Shown: positions 19,316 to 30,549, counted from the first letter of the stretch. The stretch: DNA of 39,946 nucleotides from a virus (IMGVR_UViG_3300032216_001993:1-39946); one strand, 5' to 3'. Numbers and translations are program-made. Notes: generated from the letters alone by a model not told the origin.

Positions 19316-21154
19316 ATGGCAAACAATAAAATATCATATGCGACCAGAGATTATCAAGCGATAAGAACTGAACTTTTAAATTATGTAAGGACATATTATC
19401 CTGAATTAATCCAGGATTTTAATGATGCTTCTGTATTTTCAGTTTTTTTAGATTTAAATGCTGCAGTTGCCGATAACTTAAATTACAATATTGATAGAAG
19501 TTTACAAGAAACTGTTTTACAATATGCACAACAAAGGTCTTCAATATATAACATTGCAAGAACTTATGGTTTAAAATTGCCAGGACAAAGACCATCAGTA
19601 TCTTTAGTTGATTTTTCAATAACAGTACCTGCTTTTGGTGATAAAGAAGATGAGAGATATCTTGGAACATTAACAAGAGGTTCTCAAGTTGTTGGTGCTG
19701 GAGTTGTGTTTGAAAATGTTTATGATATTGATTTTGCATCACCATATAATGCTCAAGGTTTTCCTAATAGACTAAAGATACCAAATTTCAATTCAAATAA
19801 TGTTCTTGTTAACTATACAATCACTAAAAGAGAAATTGTTGTTAATGGTGTAACTAAAGTATTTAAAAGAGTTATCGGTGCAAATGATGTAAAACCATTC
19901 TTTGAGTTATTCTTACCTGAAAAGAATGTTTTAGGGATTACAAGTGTATTATTGAAAAACGGTACTGAGTACACAAATACTCCAACAACTGCAGAATTTT
20001 TAGGATTAGACAACAAATGGTATGAGGTTGATGCCTTAGCTGAAGATAGAGTGTTTATTGAAGACCCTACAAAGGTTTCAGACCAGCCAGGAATTAAAGT
20101 TGGAAAATATTTCCAAACACAAAATAGATTTATTACGGAATATACTCCTGAAGGATTTAAAAAGATGACATTTGGTGGGGGTACAAACACGGCTCAAGAC
20201 CAATTAAATCAATTCACCACTTTAGGAACAACCTTAGAATTACAAAAATATTCTAACAATTTCTCATTAGGTTCGACATTAACACCTAACTCAACATTGT
20301 TTGTTCAATATAGAATTGGTGGTGGTTTAGCAACAAACTTAGGAACTAATGTTATCAATCAAATTGGGACTGTATCATTCTTTGTTAATGGACCATCAGA
20401 GACAACTAACTCATCAGTTGTAAACTCATTAAGATGTGTTAACGTTACTGCAGCTGTAGGTGGGGCGGGTGTACCTTCGTTGGAAGAAATAAGAAATTAT
20501 GTTTCATTTAACTTTGCGGCGCAAAAGAGAGCAGTTACAGTTCAAGATTATGAATCTATTATTAGAAACATGCCAGCTCAATACGGAGCACCAGCTAAAG
20601 TATCAATTACAGAAAATGACAACAAGATTTTAATTCAAATATTATCTTATGATACTTCAGGAAAATTAACTAACATTGTATCTAATACCTTAAGACAGAA
20701 CATTGCAAATTATTTATCAAACTATAGAATGATGAATGATTATATTTCAATATTCACTGCTGAAGTTATTGACCTTAGTGTTGATGTTGCAATTGTATTA
20801 GATTCTGCACAAAACTCAGGACAAGTTATTTCAAGTGTTGTGGATAAAATATCCGAATATTTTAACCCATTAACAAGACAACTTGGACAAAATGTTTATT
20901 TATCTGAATTAAGAAGTATTGTACAAAATACAAATGGAGTATTAACAGTTGCAAATATTGATGTTATCAATGAAGTCGGAGGACAATATTCTTCTGCTGA
21001 AACATCTATGGTGTATTCAAATCCTGAAACAAAATTGATAGGACCTGTTGATGATACAATATTTGCTCAACCATCACAAATTTATCAAATAAGATACCCT
21101 AATAAAGACATTAGAGTATCTGTTAAGAATTTCCAATCAATTACTTTCTCTTAA
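19316..21154 (+). CDS. gp6: Baseplate wedge subunit, T4 gp6 / baseplate J-like
   Basis: 612 aa. YATRDYQAIRTELLNY, AQQRSSIYNIARTYG, MTFGGG, VQYRIGGG...N, AAVGGAG..SLEEIR, QKRAVTVQDYE. Confidence 0.88.
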   Translation: MANNKISYATRDYQAIRTELLNYVRTYYPELIQDFNDASVFSVFLDLNAAVADNLNYNIDRSLQETVLQYAQQRSSIYNIARTYGLKLPGQRPSVSLVDFSITVPAFGDKEDERYLGTLTRGSQVVGAGVVFENVYDIDFASPYNAQGFPNRLKIPNFNSNNVLVNYTITKREIVVNGVTKVFKRVIGANDVKPFFELFLPEKNVLGITSVLLKNGTEYTNTPTTAEFLGLDNKWYEVDALAEDRVFIEDPTKVSDQPGIKVGKYFQTQNRFITEYTPEGFKKMTFGGGTNTAQDQLNQFTTLGTTLELQKYSNNFSLGSTLTPNSTLFVQYRIGGGLATNLGTNVINQIGTVSFFVNGPSETTNSSVVNSLRCVNVTAAVGGAGVPSLEEIRNYVSFNFAAQKRAVTVQDYESIIRNMPAQYGAPAKVSITENDNKILIQILSYDTSGKLTNIVSNTLRQNIANYLSNYRMMNDYISIFTAEVIDLSVDVAIVLDSAQNSGQVISSVVDKISEYFNPLTRQLGQNVYLSELRSIVQNTNGVLTVANIDVINEVGGQYSSAETSMVYSNPETKLIGPVDDTIFAQPSQIYQIRYPNKDIRVSVKNFQSITFS

Positions 21155-21225
21155 CAAGTTTATTTATTTCTTCTTTAGTTTATAATTTAAAGGTGTGGGT
21201 TTAATTTAAAAAATTCCACATAAAC

Positions 21226-21233
21226 TATTTATT
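21226..21233 (+). promoter_or_regulatory. Candidate late-promoter motif TATTTATT
   Basis: 15 nt upstream of the ATG at 21249. A second copy lies at 21161-21168. Confidence 0.35.
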
Positions 21234-21248
21234 AATTAAAGAGATTTA

Positions 21249-24200
21249 ATGGGTCAATCATATAGAATAAGGACTGAATTAGGAATCAACAAAACAATCA
21301 ATGTACAATTAGACCAACAGTTTGATTTTTTAGAGATACTATCTTTAAAACTTCAACAAGAAGACGTGTACACTAGAAGTTGTGCAAACTATGGTGTAGT
21401 TGTTGGTAGAATTACAGCAAACAATGGTTTTGGAATACCAAATGCAAGAGTTTCCGTTTTTATTCCCATAACAAATGTAGACCAATCCAACCCTTATATT
21501 TCAAGTATATATCCATATAAATCTTTGTCTGACAAAAATGAAGATGGGTATAGATACAATTTGTTACCCTACGAAAAATCATATTCAACTCATGCTGCAA
21601 CAGGAACATTTCCATCAAGACAAGATGTTTTAACGGGAACAACTGCTGTAGAGATTTACGACAAATACTACAAGTATACTGCAAAAACAAATGAAAGTGG
21701 TGATTACATGATAATGGGTGTTCCATTAGGATATCAAACCATGTTAATGGACGTTGATTTATCAGATATTGGTGAATTTTCTTTAACACCTCAAGATTTG
21801 ATTAGAATAGGTAGAGCAACTCCTTCACAAGTTGCTGGAGGAAGATTTAGAACATCAACTGATTTAAGTTCGTTACCTCAAATAGTAACTATAACAAAAA
21901 GTTTAGAGGTTTCACCTTTATGGGGTGACCCTGAAATATGCGACATTGCAATCAATAGATTAGATTTTGACTTAAGAGGTGATGTAAATATTGATATACA
22001 ACCGACATCGGTATTTATGGGGTCATTATTTTCTTCACCTGATGAATATAGAGTTAGAGATAATTGTGAGCCACGAGATGACTTAGGAAATTTATGTGAT
22101 TTAGTTTCAGGACCTGGACAAATACTTGCAGTAAGACAAACAATACAAACAGATACGGATGGTAATCCTGTATTAGAAGTTTACAATTTAGAAAATTCTG
22201 GTAATGTTATTGACCAAGATGGTACGTGGTTAGTTGAAATGCCAATGAACCTTGATTATTTTATTACTAATGAATTCGGAGAAAAAATATTATCTAATGA
22301 CCCAACCATAGGTATTCCAACCAAGGGTAAGTATAGATTTAAAATAAAATGGGAACAACCACCAACATTGACCGAAATGGTTAGAAGACCGTATTATTTG
22401 GTACCAAACGTAAAAGAATATGGATGGACAAACTCAAGTTTAGACCCATCAAGTTTAAGCCCAAACTTGAATGTTAGAAAACAATTAAACAGTTCTTACT
22501 ATTTTGGACTTGCATGGAGTGGTTATACAAATGGTTTCGTGGGCGGCGAATTAACAAAAAGATTAAATAGTGTCATAAACTGTGAAGATACATTTTACGA
22601 GTTTGTTTTCAATAAAGTTTATACAGTTTCTTCTTTAATTGACGAATATAAAAAAGGTAATGCAAAAGGTAAATTCATAGGGATTAAAGAAATTGACGAT
22701 AACTCATGTGCTAGTAATGTCAACAAATTTCCTGTAAATGACGGATTTAGAAATTTTGATTTATTATATTTTATATTTTCAATTTTATTTTTAATAATAC
22801 AACTTATTGGGCTAAACCTTTTGATTGTAGCCCATGTGGCATTATTTTTATATTCAGTTGTAGTTGCGTTACTATGTTTTTTATGTAATCTTGAAATATT
22901 GAGCATTCGTCCTTTTGGTTTTGTGTGTGGTTTAACACCTGCCAATTGTGATAAAATAGATACTACTATAAGATTACCAATGATAACTTATCCTGACTGT
23001 CAGGCTTGTGATTGTGGGACTGATGTTAGTTTTGGGCCAAATGGAAATTTAGATTTTCCATCAGGGGGATTATCTTATTTTTCATCGCCACTTTTTTATC
23101 AAAATAGTCTCCAACTTTTATTTTCAGGAAGTCCCTCAGAAGATATAGGTGTTTATGCTAATACATATGCGGTTGCATTTGCAGGGTTTCAAGACAACGC
23201 ATTCAAAAGTGACCCATCAAGATATAAAACACCAAAATCAAATATTGCAAGAGTACCAAGTGTGCCAAATAGGTTCCGTTTTGCGGATTCTAAAACTTTA
23301 CCTTTGGGGGAAAGAATTAATCTTTTCAACCAAAGAAGCAATTATTTTACGGGTTTGAATAAAATTAAAGTCACATTTGCCAAGGATTCTAATATTAACA
23401 AGAGTCACTTTGATAATACGTTAACCGTTTTGGCCACTCAAAAATACAATACGGGTGATTTAATTACTTTTGTAAACCCTTCAAATTCATTTGATACAAA
23501 TTATAAATATAGTGCATCTACTCAAAATGGGATTGTGAATGGTATTAGTGGTACTTCCTATAATAGTAGTGCAGCAACAACAATTAATGTAACTTATGCC
23601 ACGGCTCAGTATAGCGCGTCTACAGTTTCTTATTCGTTACCTTATGGTTCTTCTGAAACAAATTATAAGTATCCTCAAGATATTGAATATTATCAGGTTA
23701 TTACTGCGATTACTGTGTCAGACGCGGCAAAAATATGGGTGTCTGCAACAACACAATCTTTACCTAACATTCTTGAGTCAAAACAGTATATTAGTTGGTT
23801 TTTAAGCAATGCGTCAACGACTGAGTTATCTGTTACAAACAACAGTGCACTAAAATTCAGAGAATACTATGATGATTTTGATAATCAATATATTTTAGTT
23901 TTACAAAGAGGGGTTGACCCATATTCTCCAAAATATACAAATGAATATAAACTTGGAGCAATTTTTGGTAGCACAATTGATGACCCGAAGTTTACTTTTA
24001 CGGCACAAACAAAATTAAATGTACCGATTCAAAAATTAACAAATAATGTCATTAGCGTTCAATCTTTTGCAAATCAAAATGAAATATTTTATCAATCCTA
24101 TTTTTTTAAACCTGGTATATCAGGAAGTACAAAACCTGGTTTACAATATACTGGTTTTACATCAAGTTCTGTAGGATACTACGGAAGTATAGATGCTCAA

Positions 24201-25991
24201 AATACTAGCGGACTTTATACTAATATTTCTAGTAAAACAGTTGTAAGTAAAACAAGTAATGGATTTTATCTTTCATCACCCGAAAATGCAAAATATGATT
24301 TAAGTGAAGATATAACTTCTATGGGTATAATGACAGTTAATGCCGCAGGGGGTGCTTATCCACAGATGCTTTCAGACACGGCAATATCAAATTGGAGTGA
24401 TGTAAAATATTATTATTATACCCAATCTCTATACCCAAATTTGGTATCATCTCCAATGTTAATTAATAATTCAGTCAATAATGTTCTAAGAACTGATAGA
24501 CTTCCAACATCAGACAGACTTGACGGTGGTTCATGGAGTATAAATCCTAGTATATTACAACAAAATTTAAATTTTGGAATTTATCTTATTAACGGTGAGG
24601 GTACTAGTGTTACAACTGTTTCATATACAACAGGTGCTGACCAAGTAACACCTAACATTGCAGGTCTTCCAAATTCGTTAAAAGTGTTAGAAAGTTTTAA
24701 CTGTGAAAACATGGTTGGACTTGGATGTTATCAAGGTTTTGGTAATAATTTTAGTATTAATAGTGGATGTACTACTTCTGATGCTGTTGAAAAAGGATGT
24801 TATATGTTTTTAAGAAGACCATTAACTGATTTATTTACTGACTTGGATAATTTTTCTGAGTGGGGATATCGTTTCAGATTCTTTTATGGTTTATGTAGAG
24901 GTGTGTTGTCACAATCATTTGTAAACAATTGGATAAATGGTACATTATATGCTTTCCCAATTCAAGTTGACACCTACTTTGACCAACAAAATAAACCATT
25001 ACCACCAGTATATTGTACTGATTTAGCTCACTTTGATTCAAGTACAAATAATTTTTATTTTAGAAGTAGTCCATACAGTATTACTACTAACAAATTTATT
25101 GGTAAAAGAACCTCAAACGTAGGCTCTATCAATGATGTGAATCTTTTGTTTCCTACTACAATTATTAATCTAGGGTATAAAGATTCATTTTACTCAGAAA
25201 TTGTTTTGGACCCTGCAACAAAGGCTTATATACTACCTAGTATTAATCCAACAAGTTATTCTGATACATCTGATTTGGTTAATCTTTTTGTTATTTCTAG
25301 AATAACTGATGAGGGATTTTTATCAAGAATTATATCTCTTGGCGACAATTCATTAAATCAACTATTTTCAAGACCTTACAAAAGAGTTGATGGTGATTTG
25401 GCACAATTGATGTCTATTAATTCTGAAATTGGAAACGTAAGTTTTTCACCTCAATTTTATAATAGTATTAGTGGTGCGCCTATGACTATATTGGGAACCT
25501 CAAACGACCCTATTATGGCTGTTTGGTTTTCGTCAACAACTGAAAATTTACAAACAAAGGATTACTTAACCCCTGGTAGAATTAATTTTAGAAGTAGTAA
25601 CAACGTAAATAATTATCCATACCCATACGGTATAAAATCTCAAGTTGTTCCGTTCTATCAATGGAGACTTGCTAACACGGCAACAATCTTCGGTAACCAA
25701 TACAACACTTGGGCAACCAACGAAACTGAAATTGTACAAAATAGACCTTACCAATCTCTAGATAGGACAAGTTTGACCACACCTAATTACTTTAGAAACA
25801 CTAATTCAAGTGTTAGTGATTTATATGCAAGAGGTTATATTTTCAGTGTAGATGCTAACGGAAAATATAGTCAGGTTGGAGCCTCAAGTAGTAAGTTTAT
25901 AGTAGGTGCCCCATTCCAATTTTATTTTGGAACTGTAAAAGGTGCTACGGCACTTGATAAATTCAAAACAAAATACTCAATAGGTGAATAA
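21249..25991 (+). CDS. Large putative baseplate-associated protein with N-terminal carboxypeptidase-regulatory-like beta domain and internal hydrophobic segment
   Basis: 1580 aa. GVVVGRITANNGFGIPNARVSVF...TAKTNESGDYMIMGVPLG (prealbumin-like fold pattern). A 42-aa hydrophobic stretch at 22761-22886. Located in the wedge operon. Confidence 0.6.
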   Translation: MGQSYRIRTELGINKTINVQLDQQFDFLEILSLKLQQEDVYTRSCANYGVVVGRITANNGFGIPNARVSVFIPITNVDQSNPYISSIYPYKSLSDKNEDGYRYNLLPYEKSYSTHAATGTFPSRQDVLTGTTAVEIYDKYYKYTAKTNESGDYMIMGVPLGYQTMLMDVDLSDIGEFSLTPQDLIRIGRATPSQVAGGRFRTSTDLSSLPQIVTITKSLEVSPLWGDPEICDIAINRLDFDLRGDVNIDIQPTSVFMGSLFSSPDEYRVRDNCEPRDDLGNLCDLVSGPGQILAVRQTIQTDTDGNPVLEVYNLENSGNVIDQDGTWLVEMPMNLDYFITNEFGEKILSNDPTIGIPTKGKYRFKIKWEQPPTLTEMVRRPYYLVPNVKEYGWTNSSLDPSSLSPNLNVRKQLNSSYYFGLAWSGYTNGFVGGELTKRLNSVINCEDTFYEFVFNKVYTVSSLIDEYKKGNAKGKFIGIKEIDDNSCASNVNKFPVNDGFRNFDLLYFIFSILFLIIQLIGLNLLIVAHVALFLYSVVVALLCFLCNLEILSIRPFGFVCGLTPANCDKIDTTIRLPMITYPDCQACDCGTDVSFGPNGNLDFPSGGLSYFSSPLFYQNSLQLLFSGSPSEDIGVYANTYAVAFAGFQDNAFKSDPSRYKTPKSNIARVPSVPNRFRFADSKTLPLGERINLFNQRSNYFTGLNKIKVTFAKDSNINKSHFDNTLTVLATQKYNTGDLITFVNPSNSFDTNYKYSASTQNGIVNGISGTSYNSSAATTINVTYATAQYSASTVSYSLPYGSSETNYKYPQDIEYYQVITAITVSDAAKIWVSATTQSLPNILESKQYISWFLSNASTTELSVTNNSALKFREYYDDFDNQYILVLQRGVDPYSPKYTNEYKLGAIFGSTIDDPKFTFTAQTKLNVPIQKLTNNVISVQSFANQNEIFYQSYFFKPGISGSTKPGLQYTGFTSSSVGYYGSIDAQNTSGLYTNISSKTVVSKTSNGFYLSSPENAKYDLSEDITSMGIMTVNAAGGAYPQMLSDTAISNWSDVKYYYYTQSLYPNLVSSPMLINNSVNNVLRTDRLPTSDRLDGGSWSINPSILQQNLNFGIYLINGEGTSVTTVSYTTGADQVTPNIAGLPNSLKVLESFNCENMVGLGCYQGFGNNFSINSGCTTSDAVEKGCYMFLRRPLTDLFTDLDNFSEWGYRFRFFYGLCRGVLSQSFVNNWINGTLYAFPIQVDTYFDQQNKPLPPVYCTDLAHFDSSTNNFYFRSSPYSITTNKFIGKRTSNVGSINDVNLLFPTTIINLGYKDSFYSEIVLDPATKAYILPSINPTSYSDTSDLVNLFVISRITDEGFLSRIISLGDNSLNQLFSRPYKRVDGDLAQLMSINSEIGNVSFSPQFYNSISGAPMTILGTSNDPIMAVWFSSTTENLQTKDYLTPGRINFRSSNNVNNYPYPYGIKSQVVPFYQWRLANTATIFGNQYNTWATNETEIVQNRPYQSLDRTSLTTPNYFRNTNSSVSDLYARGYIFSVDANGKYSQVGASSSKFIVGAPFQFYFGTVKGATALDKFKTKYSIGE

Positions 25992-27678
25992 GTATACTAT
26001 CGTACCAAGTAGTCAAGAATATAAGTCGGCACCTCTTGTTGACCAAGATATTACTATTTCGTTGGAAGAACAAAGTCAACAAATGATTGAATATGACAAA
26101 AGTTCAAGTATTAGTTTGGCTCAAGTCTATGATGATGAAAGACAAGCATCTACAATATTTAGACCAACATTTAAAGTAAATTATTTATACGATAACACTT
26201 ATACAGGTAGTACTAATTATGACCCGTTTAAAAACAATTTGTATTATGTAGACCCTGTAAATTCTATGTCAACAAATATATGGAAAGGGTTGCCACAATA
26301 TTATGAGTTTGATTTTTATAGACCAGATGTAAAAGACCAACATGTGAATTATAAAGCAATTAGTGCTTACACATATAACTGGACATATTATATTAGTTAT
26401 GCTTATAAGAACAACTACGACAAACAATTATTTTACACACTCAACAATAATAATCTAACTTGGACAGCGTCAACTGGTATACCATTCACAATTAACAATT
26501 CATCACAAAATGGTTCTGGTATAGTTGCATTTCAATGTATTGCTCCTCATGGATTGACTGTTGGTGAATATGTAGAATTATCGTTTTCTTATAATGGGAA
26601 TAATTTGTTTCAAGTTTATTCATTAGGTAATGACAGTTTAGGAAGTGGTATTTATATCTTCAACATTTATAATTTAGGATATACAGGAACTACATTTGCC
26701 AATAGTACTTCAGGAACATTCAAAAGAGTTATCAATCCTGAAAACATTTTGGAAACAACTTCAAAATACTATGTTAGAGAACACAAAATAATTACAAATG
26801 TAAATGATTGTGTAATGACAAAAAATGCATTTGAAAAAAATGTATTCAATGAAGATAAAAAATTTGAATATAGTTCAATAACACCTAACAAAATTTCAAG
26901 GATATCGCAAAAAAATAGTAGTAATGTTTATAATGTTACTGTCAACTACGATTTGAATCTACGTAATGTTATTGATAATCAAAAAAGACCTGTTAGTGAA
27001 TTATTTTTAACTGTGATTAATAAAGGTTATACAGGATATTTTAATAAACCAAATAATGGTATTGGTTTAAAACAAGGGTGGGAGTTTAATTTAACTAAGA
27101 CAACAAATTCTTGGTGGAATTTGAACAATACTAATTCAAACACAAATATACAAACTTCTGCTTACACTCTAACAAACGGTGCAACTAAAACATTTTATTA
27201 TAATCAAGATTTGATGTCGGGGGATACTATTGATGGTGACTTTTGTGAGTGGAACGATTATGAACAAATAGAAAGAGTTGTATCACCTTATTACCATAAG
27301 TTAAAATATAATGAGGATGTGTTTCAAACAACAAATACTTCAAGTACAAATGCTCCTGGATATTATTACGAGCCACATCACTCAATGACGATAAGAGTAT
27401 TCTCAAGTTACATTGAAACTGGTGATTTACAATTTGTTGACCAAGTACCTAGTTATTCTTATTACTCAAGTGCTGACCAACAATTCAGATGGAGAGACTT
27501 ATATACTTATGGTTTTATAGATAATCTTCAGAGAGGTGTTGATTATCCATTTTTGAACAGTGCCCAATATCCTTTTAAGGATACTGTATTTAGATTAATA
27601 CCTGAAGGAATAAATTACAATGCCGATATACTTGGCATTCCATACCCTTACAAACCGTTAATAGATGGATGTGAATAA
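25984..27678 (+). CDS. Putative structural protein
   Basis: 564 aa with a GTG start overlapping the upstream stop. N/Y/T-rich. CIAPHGLTVGEYVEL is a beta-domain motif common in phage tail proteins. Confidence 0.65.
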   Translation: MNKYTIVPSSQEYKSAPLVDQDITISLEEQSQQMIEYDKSSSISLAQVYDDERQASTIFRPTFKVNYLYDNTYTGSTNYDPFKNNLYYVDPVNSMSTNIWKGLPQYYEFDFYRPDVKDQHVNYKAISAYTYNWTYYISYAYKNNYDKQLFYTLNNNNLTWTASTGIPFTINNSSQNGSGIVAFQCIAPHGLTVGEYVELSFSYNGNNLFQVYSLGNDSLGSGIYIFNIYNLGYTGTTFANSTSGTFKRVINPENILETTSKYYVREHKIITNVNDCVMTKNAFEKNVFNEDKKFEYSSITPNKISRISQKNSSNVYNVTVNYDLNLRNVIDNQKRPVSELFLTVINKGYTGYFNKPNNGIGLKQGWEFNLTKTTNSWWNLNNTNSNTNIQTSAYTLTNGATKTFYYNQDLMSGDTIDGDFCEWNDYEQIERVVSPYYHKLKYNEDVFQTTNTSSTNAPGYYYEPHHSMTIRVFSSYIETGDLQFVDQVPSYSYYSSADQQFRWRDLYTYGFIDNLQRGVDYPFLNSAQYPFKDTVFRLIPEGINYNADILGIPYPYKPLIDGCE

Positions 27679-28486
27679 AATACAAATAATGCAAAATGGG
27701 TTTGTTGATAGACAAATTACAATACCTGTGCAGTTAACGTGGGATTATTTAGGTTTGGACCAAAGTATTGACGAGTATGAATCAGAAGTTATTACTAAAG
27801 TTATTGGTGTTGGTAGAGATTTTGAGGTTACAAGATTTCCACATGCACCTGAATCAGGAGATACAAACAACACGGATATAAAATATCAATTCTATTTTTA
27901 TTCTGGCGGTTCACTAAATGACTCTGCCAATTGGAAAATTGATTATAGAATGGAAGGGTTTACCGCTCAAGAAATCTACTACTATAGTAATGGATTTTCT
28001 AACTCTTTTTTTAAACTAGATTTATATGATAATGTAGACCCTAAAAAACAAAAAAACTACGTAACAATAATATTACCAACACAACAAGGTTTGAAGATGG
28101 ATGCTCTAATGCAAAGAACGCCTGTGACAATTAAAAAACCTGATTTTGTTTTGGACTATGTTGGTGATAAAGAAGGATTTTTTGTTTATTGGTTGAAAAA
28201 AAGAACTTTCTTGGATATTAGTACATTTTATATGAGTGCAAAGTTTTATGATGCTCAAACAGGACAATTTGTTAAAATGATGAACATGCCTCAATCATCT
28301 ATTTCTGGTGATAAATATTCATTTGATAGTTCACAGTTTTTCTATTATAGAGTTGAATTGGATTATGAAAAACATAATTACCAAGTCTTTAATATAAATG
28401 ACAACCAACACATATATGACGCCACATATCAAAGAGCAGGGACGTTAGTACCCATAAAATGGTATGAATACGTAAATGCTATCTAA
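27665..28486 (+). CDS. Putative structural protein
   Basis: 273 aa, overlaps both neighbours, aromatic and beta-rich. Confidence 0.65.
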   Translation: MDVNKIQIMQNGFVDRQITIPVQLTWDYLGLDQSIDEYESEVITKVIGVGRDFEVTRFPHAPESGDTNNTDIKYQFYFYSGGSLNDSANWKIDYRMEGFTAQEIYYYSNGFSNSFFKLDLYDNVDPKKQKNYVTIILPTQQGLKMDALMQRTPVTIKKPDFVLDYVGDKEGFFVYWLKKRTFLDISTFYMSAKFYDAQTGQFVKMMNMPQSSISGDKYSFDSSQFFYYRVELDYEKHNYQVFNINDNQHIYDATYQRAGTLVPIKWYEYVNAI

Positions 28487-29568
28487 TGGAAGATTTATAT
28501 AATATTATAATTTCACCCGAAACTATTAAGGGAGACCTTTCAACAGTAACTTATAGCGGGGTTTCTGTAGGGGTTTACTCTGCAATGACTCAAGTGGTTA
28601 GTTCAGGTCCAAATGAGTCATCAATACTGACTGGATTAACAATACCAATTCTTATTAGACAGACTGCGGTTGATGTTGGGTATTATAGTCCATTTGATGG
28701 AGCTGTGTTACAGAAAGATGTTGTTGCAAACTTCATATTTTCTTCAACAACGGCAAATCCATATGTGTACAACATATACAACACTTCAAGTGAGTTTCAA
28801 AAGTTCCTTGATTTATCTGCATATAAAGTAGATTGGGGAGATGGGTCGCCAAAACAAGTAGTAACAGGATACACACCAAATTCAATGACTCATACGTATC
28901 CTGCGGCAAACAAACAATATACCATAGTTTTGGAACAATCAAATCCATGGGGTGTAACAAAAGTTGCTAAAACAATTACAACTCCATATGAAAATGTTGT
29001 TGCTAACAATCCTAACGGAGAGGCATTTTTTATTCCCGCTGGAGGTAATTGGTTAAATACACCTGTAAGTTACAACTATATTTTTTCTGGGGATGCTGTT
29101 AATGAAATTTCCGCTCAAACCTCGAACAATTATGTGACAGTTCCATTTACAATATCAGGTATAACTAAATCAAAATTAACTGATTTAGCTTTGTACGGCA
29201 CTCCAAAGTATCAAGTGGGAGTACCTGTAATAAAGAATGGGCAAATATGGGGTGCTATCAGTGATATAAATCCAATATTTACTGCGTATACTGTTCAGGA
29301 AGTTAACTACTATGATTATAATGATGGCACAACAATATTTTTTGAACAATCTTCAGGATTTACTGAGAATAATTTATCACAAAGACCAATAACAAAAGAA
29401 GAAGTTTTATTAAGGGTTATTGACCAACCACAAATACAAACTAATGTTTTTGTTGAAAGAGGAAAGAATTCTGCGTATGAAAGAATTCAAAGATTAGGTG
29501 AGGTTGACAACTTAGGTGACATGATAAATTATGGTTATGGTTTTTTTAATGTTACGAAAAAACAATAG
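28486..29568 (+). CDS. PKD-domain-containing structural protein
   Basis: YKVDWGDGSP...MTHTYPAANKQYTIVL is the PKD WxFGDG...HTY signature. TAATG coupling to the upstream gene. Confidence 0.65.
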   Translation: MEDLYNIIISPETIKGDLSTVTYSGVSVGVYSAMTQVVSSGPNESSILTGLTIPILIRQTAVDVGYYSPFDGAVLQKDVVANFIFSSTTANPYVYNIYNTSSEFQKFLDLSAYKVDWGDGSPKQVVTGYTPNSMTHTYPAANKQYTIVLEQSNPWGVTKVAKTITTPYENVVANNPNGEAFFIPAGGNWLNTPVSYNYIFSGDAVNEISAQTSNNYVTVPFTISGITKSKLTDLALYGTPKYQVGVPVIKNGQIWGAISDINPIFTAYTVQEVNYYDYNDGTTIFFEQSSGFTENNLSQRPITKEEVLLRVIDQPQIQTNVFVERGKNSAYERIQRLGEVDNLGDMINYGYGFFNVTKKQ

Positions 29569-29572
29569 GGGG

Positions 29573-29580
29573 TATTTATG
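29573..29580 (+). promoter_or_regulatory. Candidate late-promoter motif TATTTATG
   Basis: In the 72-nt gap upstream of 29641. Confidence 0.3.
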
Positions 29581-29640
29581 GAATATAGAGATTGTGTAGA
29601 AACGAATATAACAAAGTAATAAAAGTAAAAAAATAAAAAA

Positions 29641-30549
29641 ATGGCAATAGGTTCATACGGTACTATAAGACCTTCAGACGTAAGTCCTGAAGATGTACAG
29701 ATAATAATGAATTACACTCCATCAAGAGATGTTACGGATAATTTTGTCCTAACAGAACTTGATGCTCAAACAATTTTAAAACCTTATTTTAATAATACTG
29801 AAACTGGAGGTAACGCAGGTGTTGAAGTACTTGGCGGATTATACAATTTGACGCTTCCTGCAGAACAGTTTAACGCACTTGGATTTTACACACTTTATTT
29901 GAGACCCGCACAAATTAGAACTGTAATTACAGATTGTGGGGTGTTAAGTGCACTACCAAATGTGAAAGGGATTATAATTGATATAACTAATGTACCCGCC
30001 CAATATCAAAATAAATTTGTACCTCAAGGATTGGTAGGGTTTAGAATTGAATATTTAAATGCCGATGGGTCGAAAATTCCTAATTTTTTCAGAGTTGTTA
30101 CATCTTCTTTCTTTTGTGAACCTGTAGTGACAAATGAAGTTAATACAACGCAAAAGTCGGTTAGATATAGATATGTTGATGGTACGTCAAATTTAATATT
30201 CTTAACGCTATCACCATCATCATCACCAACAAACAAGCCAAACGCAACACCATATATTGGACAACCAAGTCAAAATATTATTATATCCAACACATTCTTT
30301 AATCCTGTTACATTAGAGATTGAAATGGTTGAGTACGATATTTCATCTCTTGCAATTGCTCTTTACGGTAATCAAACTAAGTCTATTGACGATGGTATCT
30401 ACACAATTTACGATAGTCAAGATAATATATACAGACAATATAACTTATATGAGATTAGAGACCAATTCAACGCATTATTGTATGAGGTTAGACAGGGTAG
30501 AGGAAATAATATTGATTTCAGTAAAAACTTTACAAATATAACTAGTTAA
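29641..30549 (+). CDS. Putative baseplate/structural protein
   Basis: 302 aa with a strong A-rich leader, coupled (TAATG) to the gp7/gpI-like gene. Confidence 0.65.
   Translation: MAIGSYGTIRPSDVSPEDVQIIMNYTPSRDVTDNFVLTELDAQTILKPYFNNTETGGNAGVEVLGGLYNLTLPAEQFNALGFYTLYLRPAQIRTVITDCGVLSALPNVKGIIIDITNVPAQYQNKFVPQGLVGFRIEYLNADGSKIPNFFRVVTSSFFCEPVVTNEVNTTQKSVRYRYVDGTSNLIFLTLSPSSSPTNKPNATPYIGQPSQNIIISNTFFNPVTLEIEMVEYDISSLAIALYGNQTKSIDDGIYTIYDSQDNIYRQYNLYEIRDQFNALLYEVRQGRGNNIDFSKNFTNITS

Noticed and set aside
21194-21220. Imperfect hairpin TGTGGG...TTCCACA between gp6 and the 1580-aa gene
   Set aside because: Only 5-6 bp of stem and no U-tract, too weak to call.
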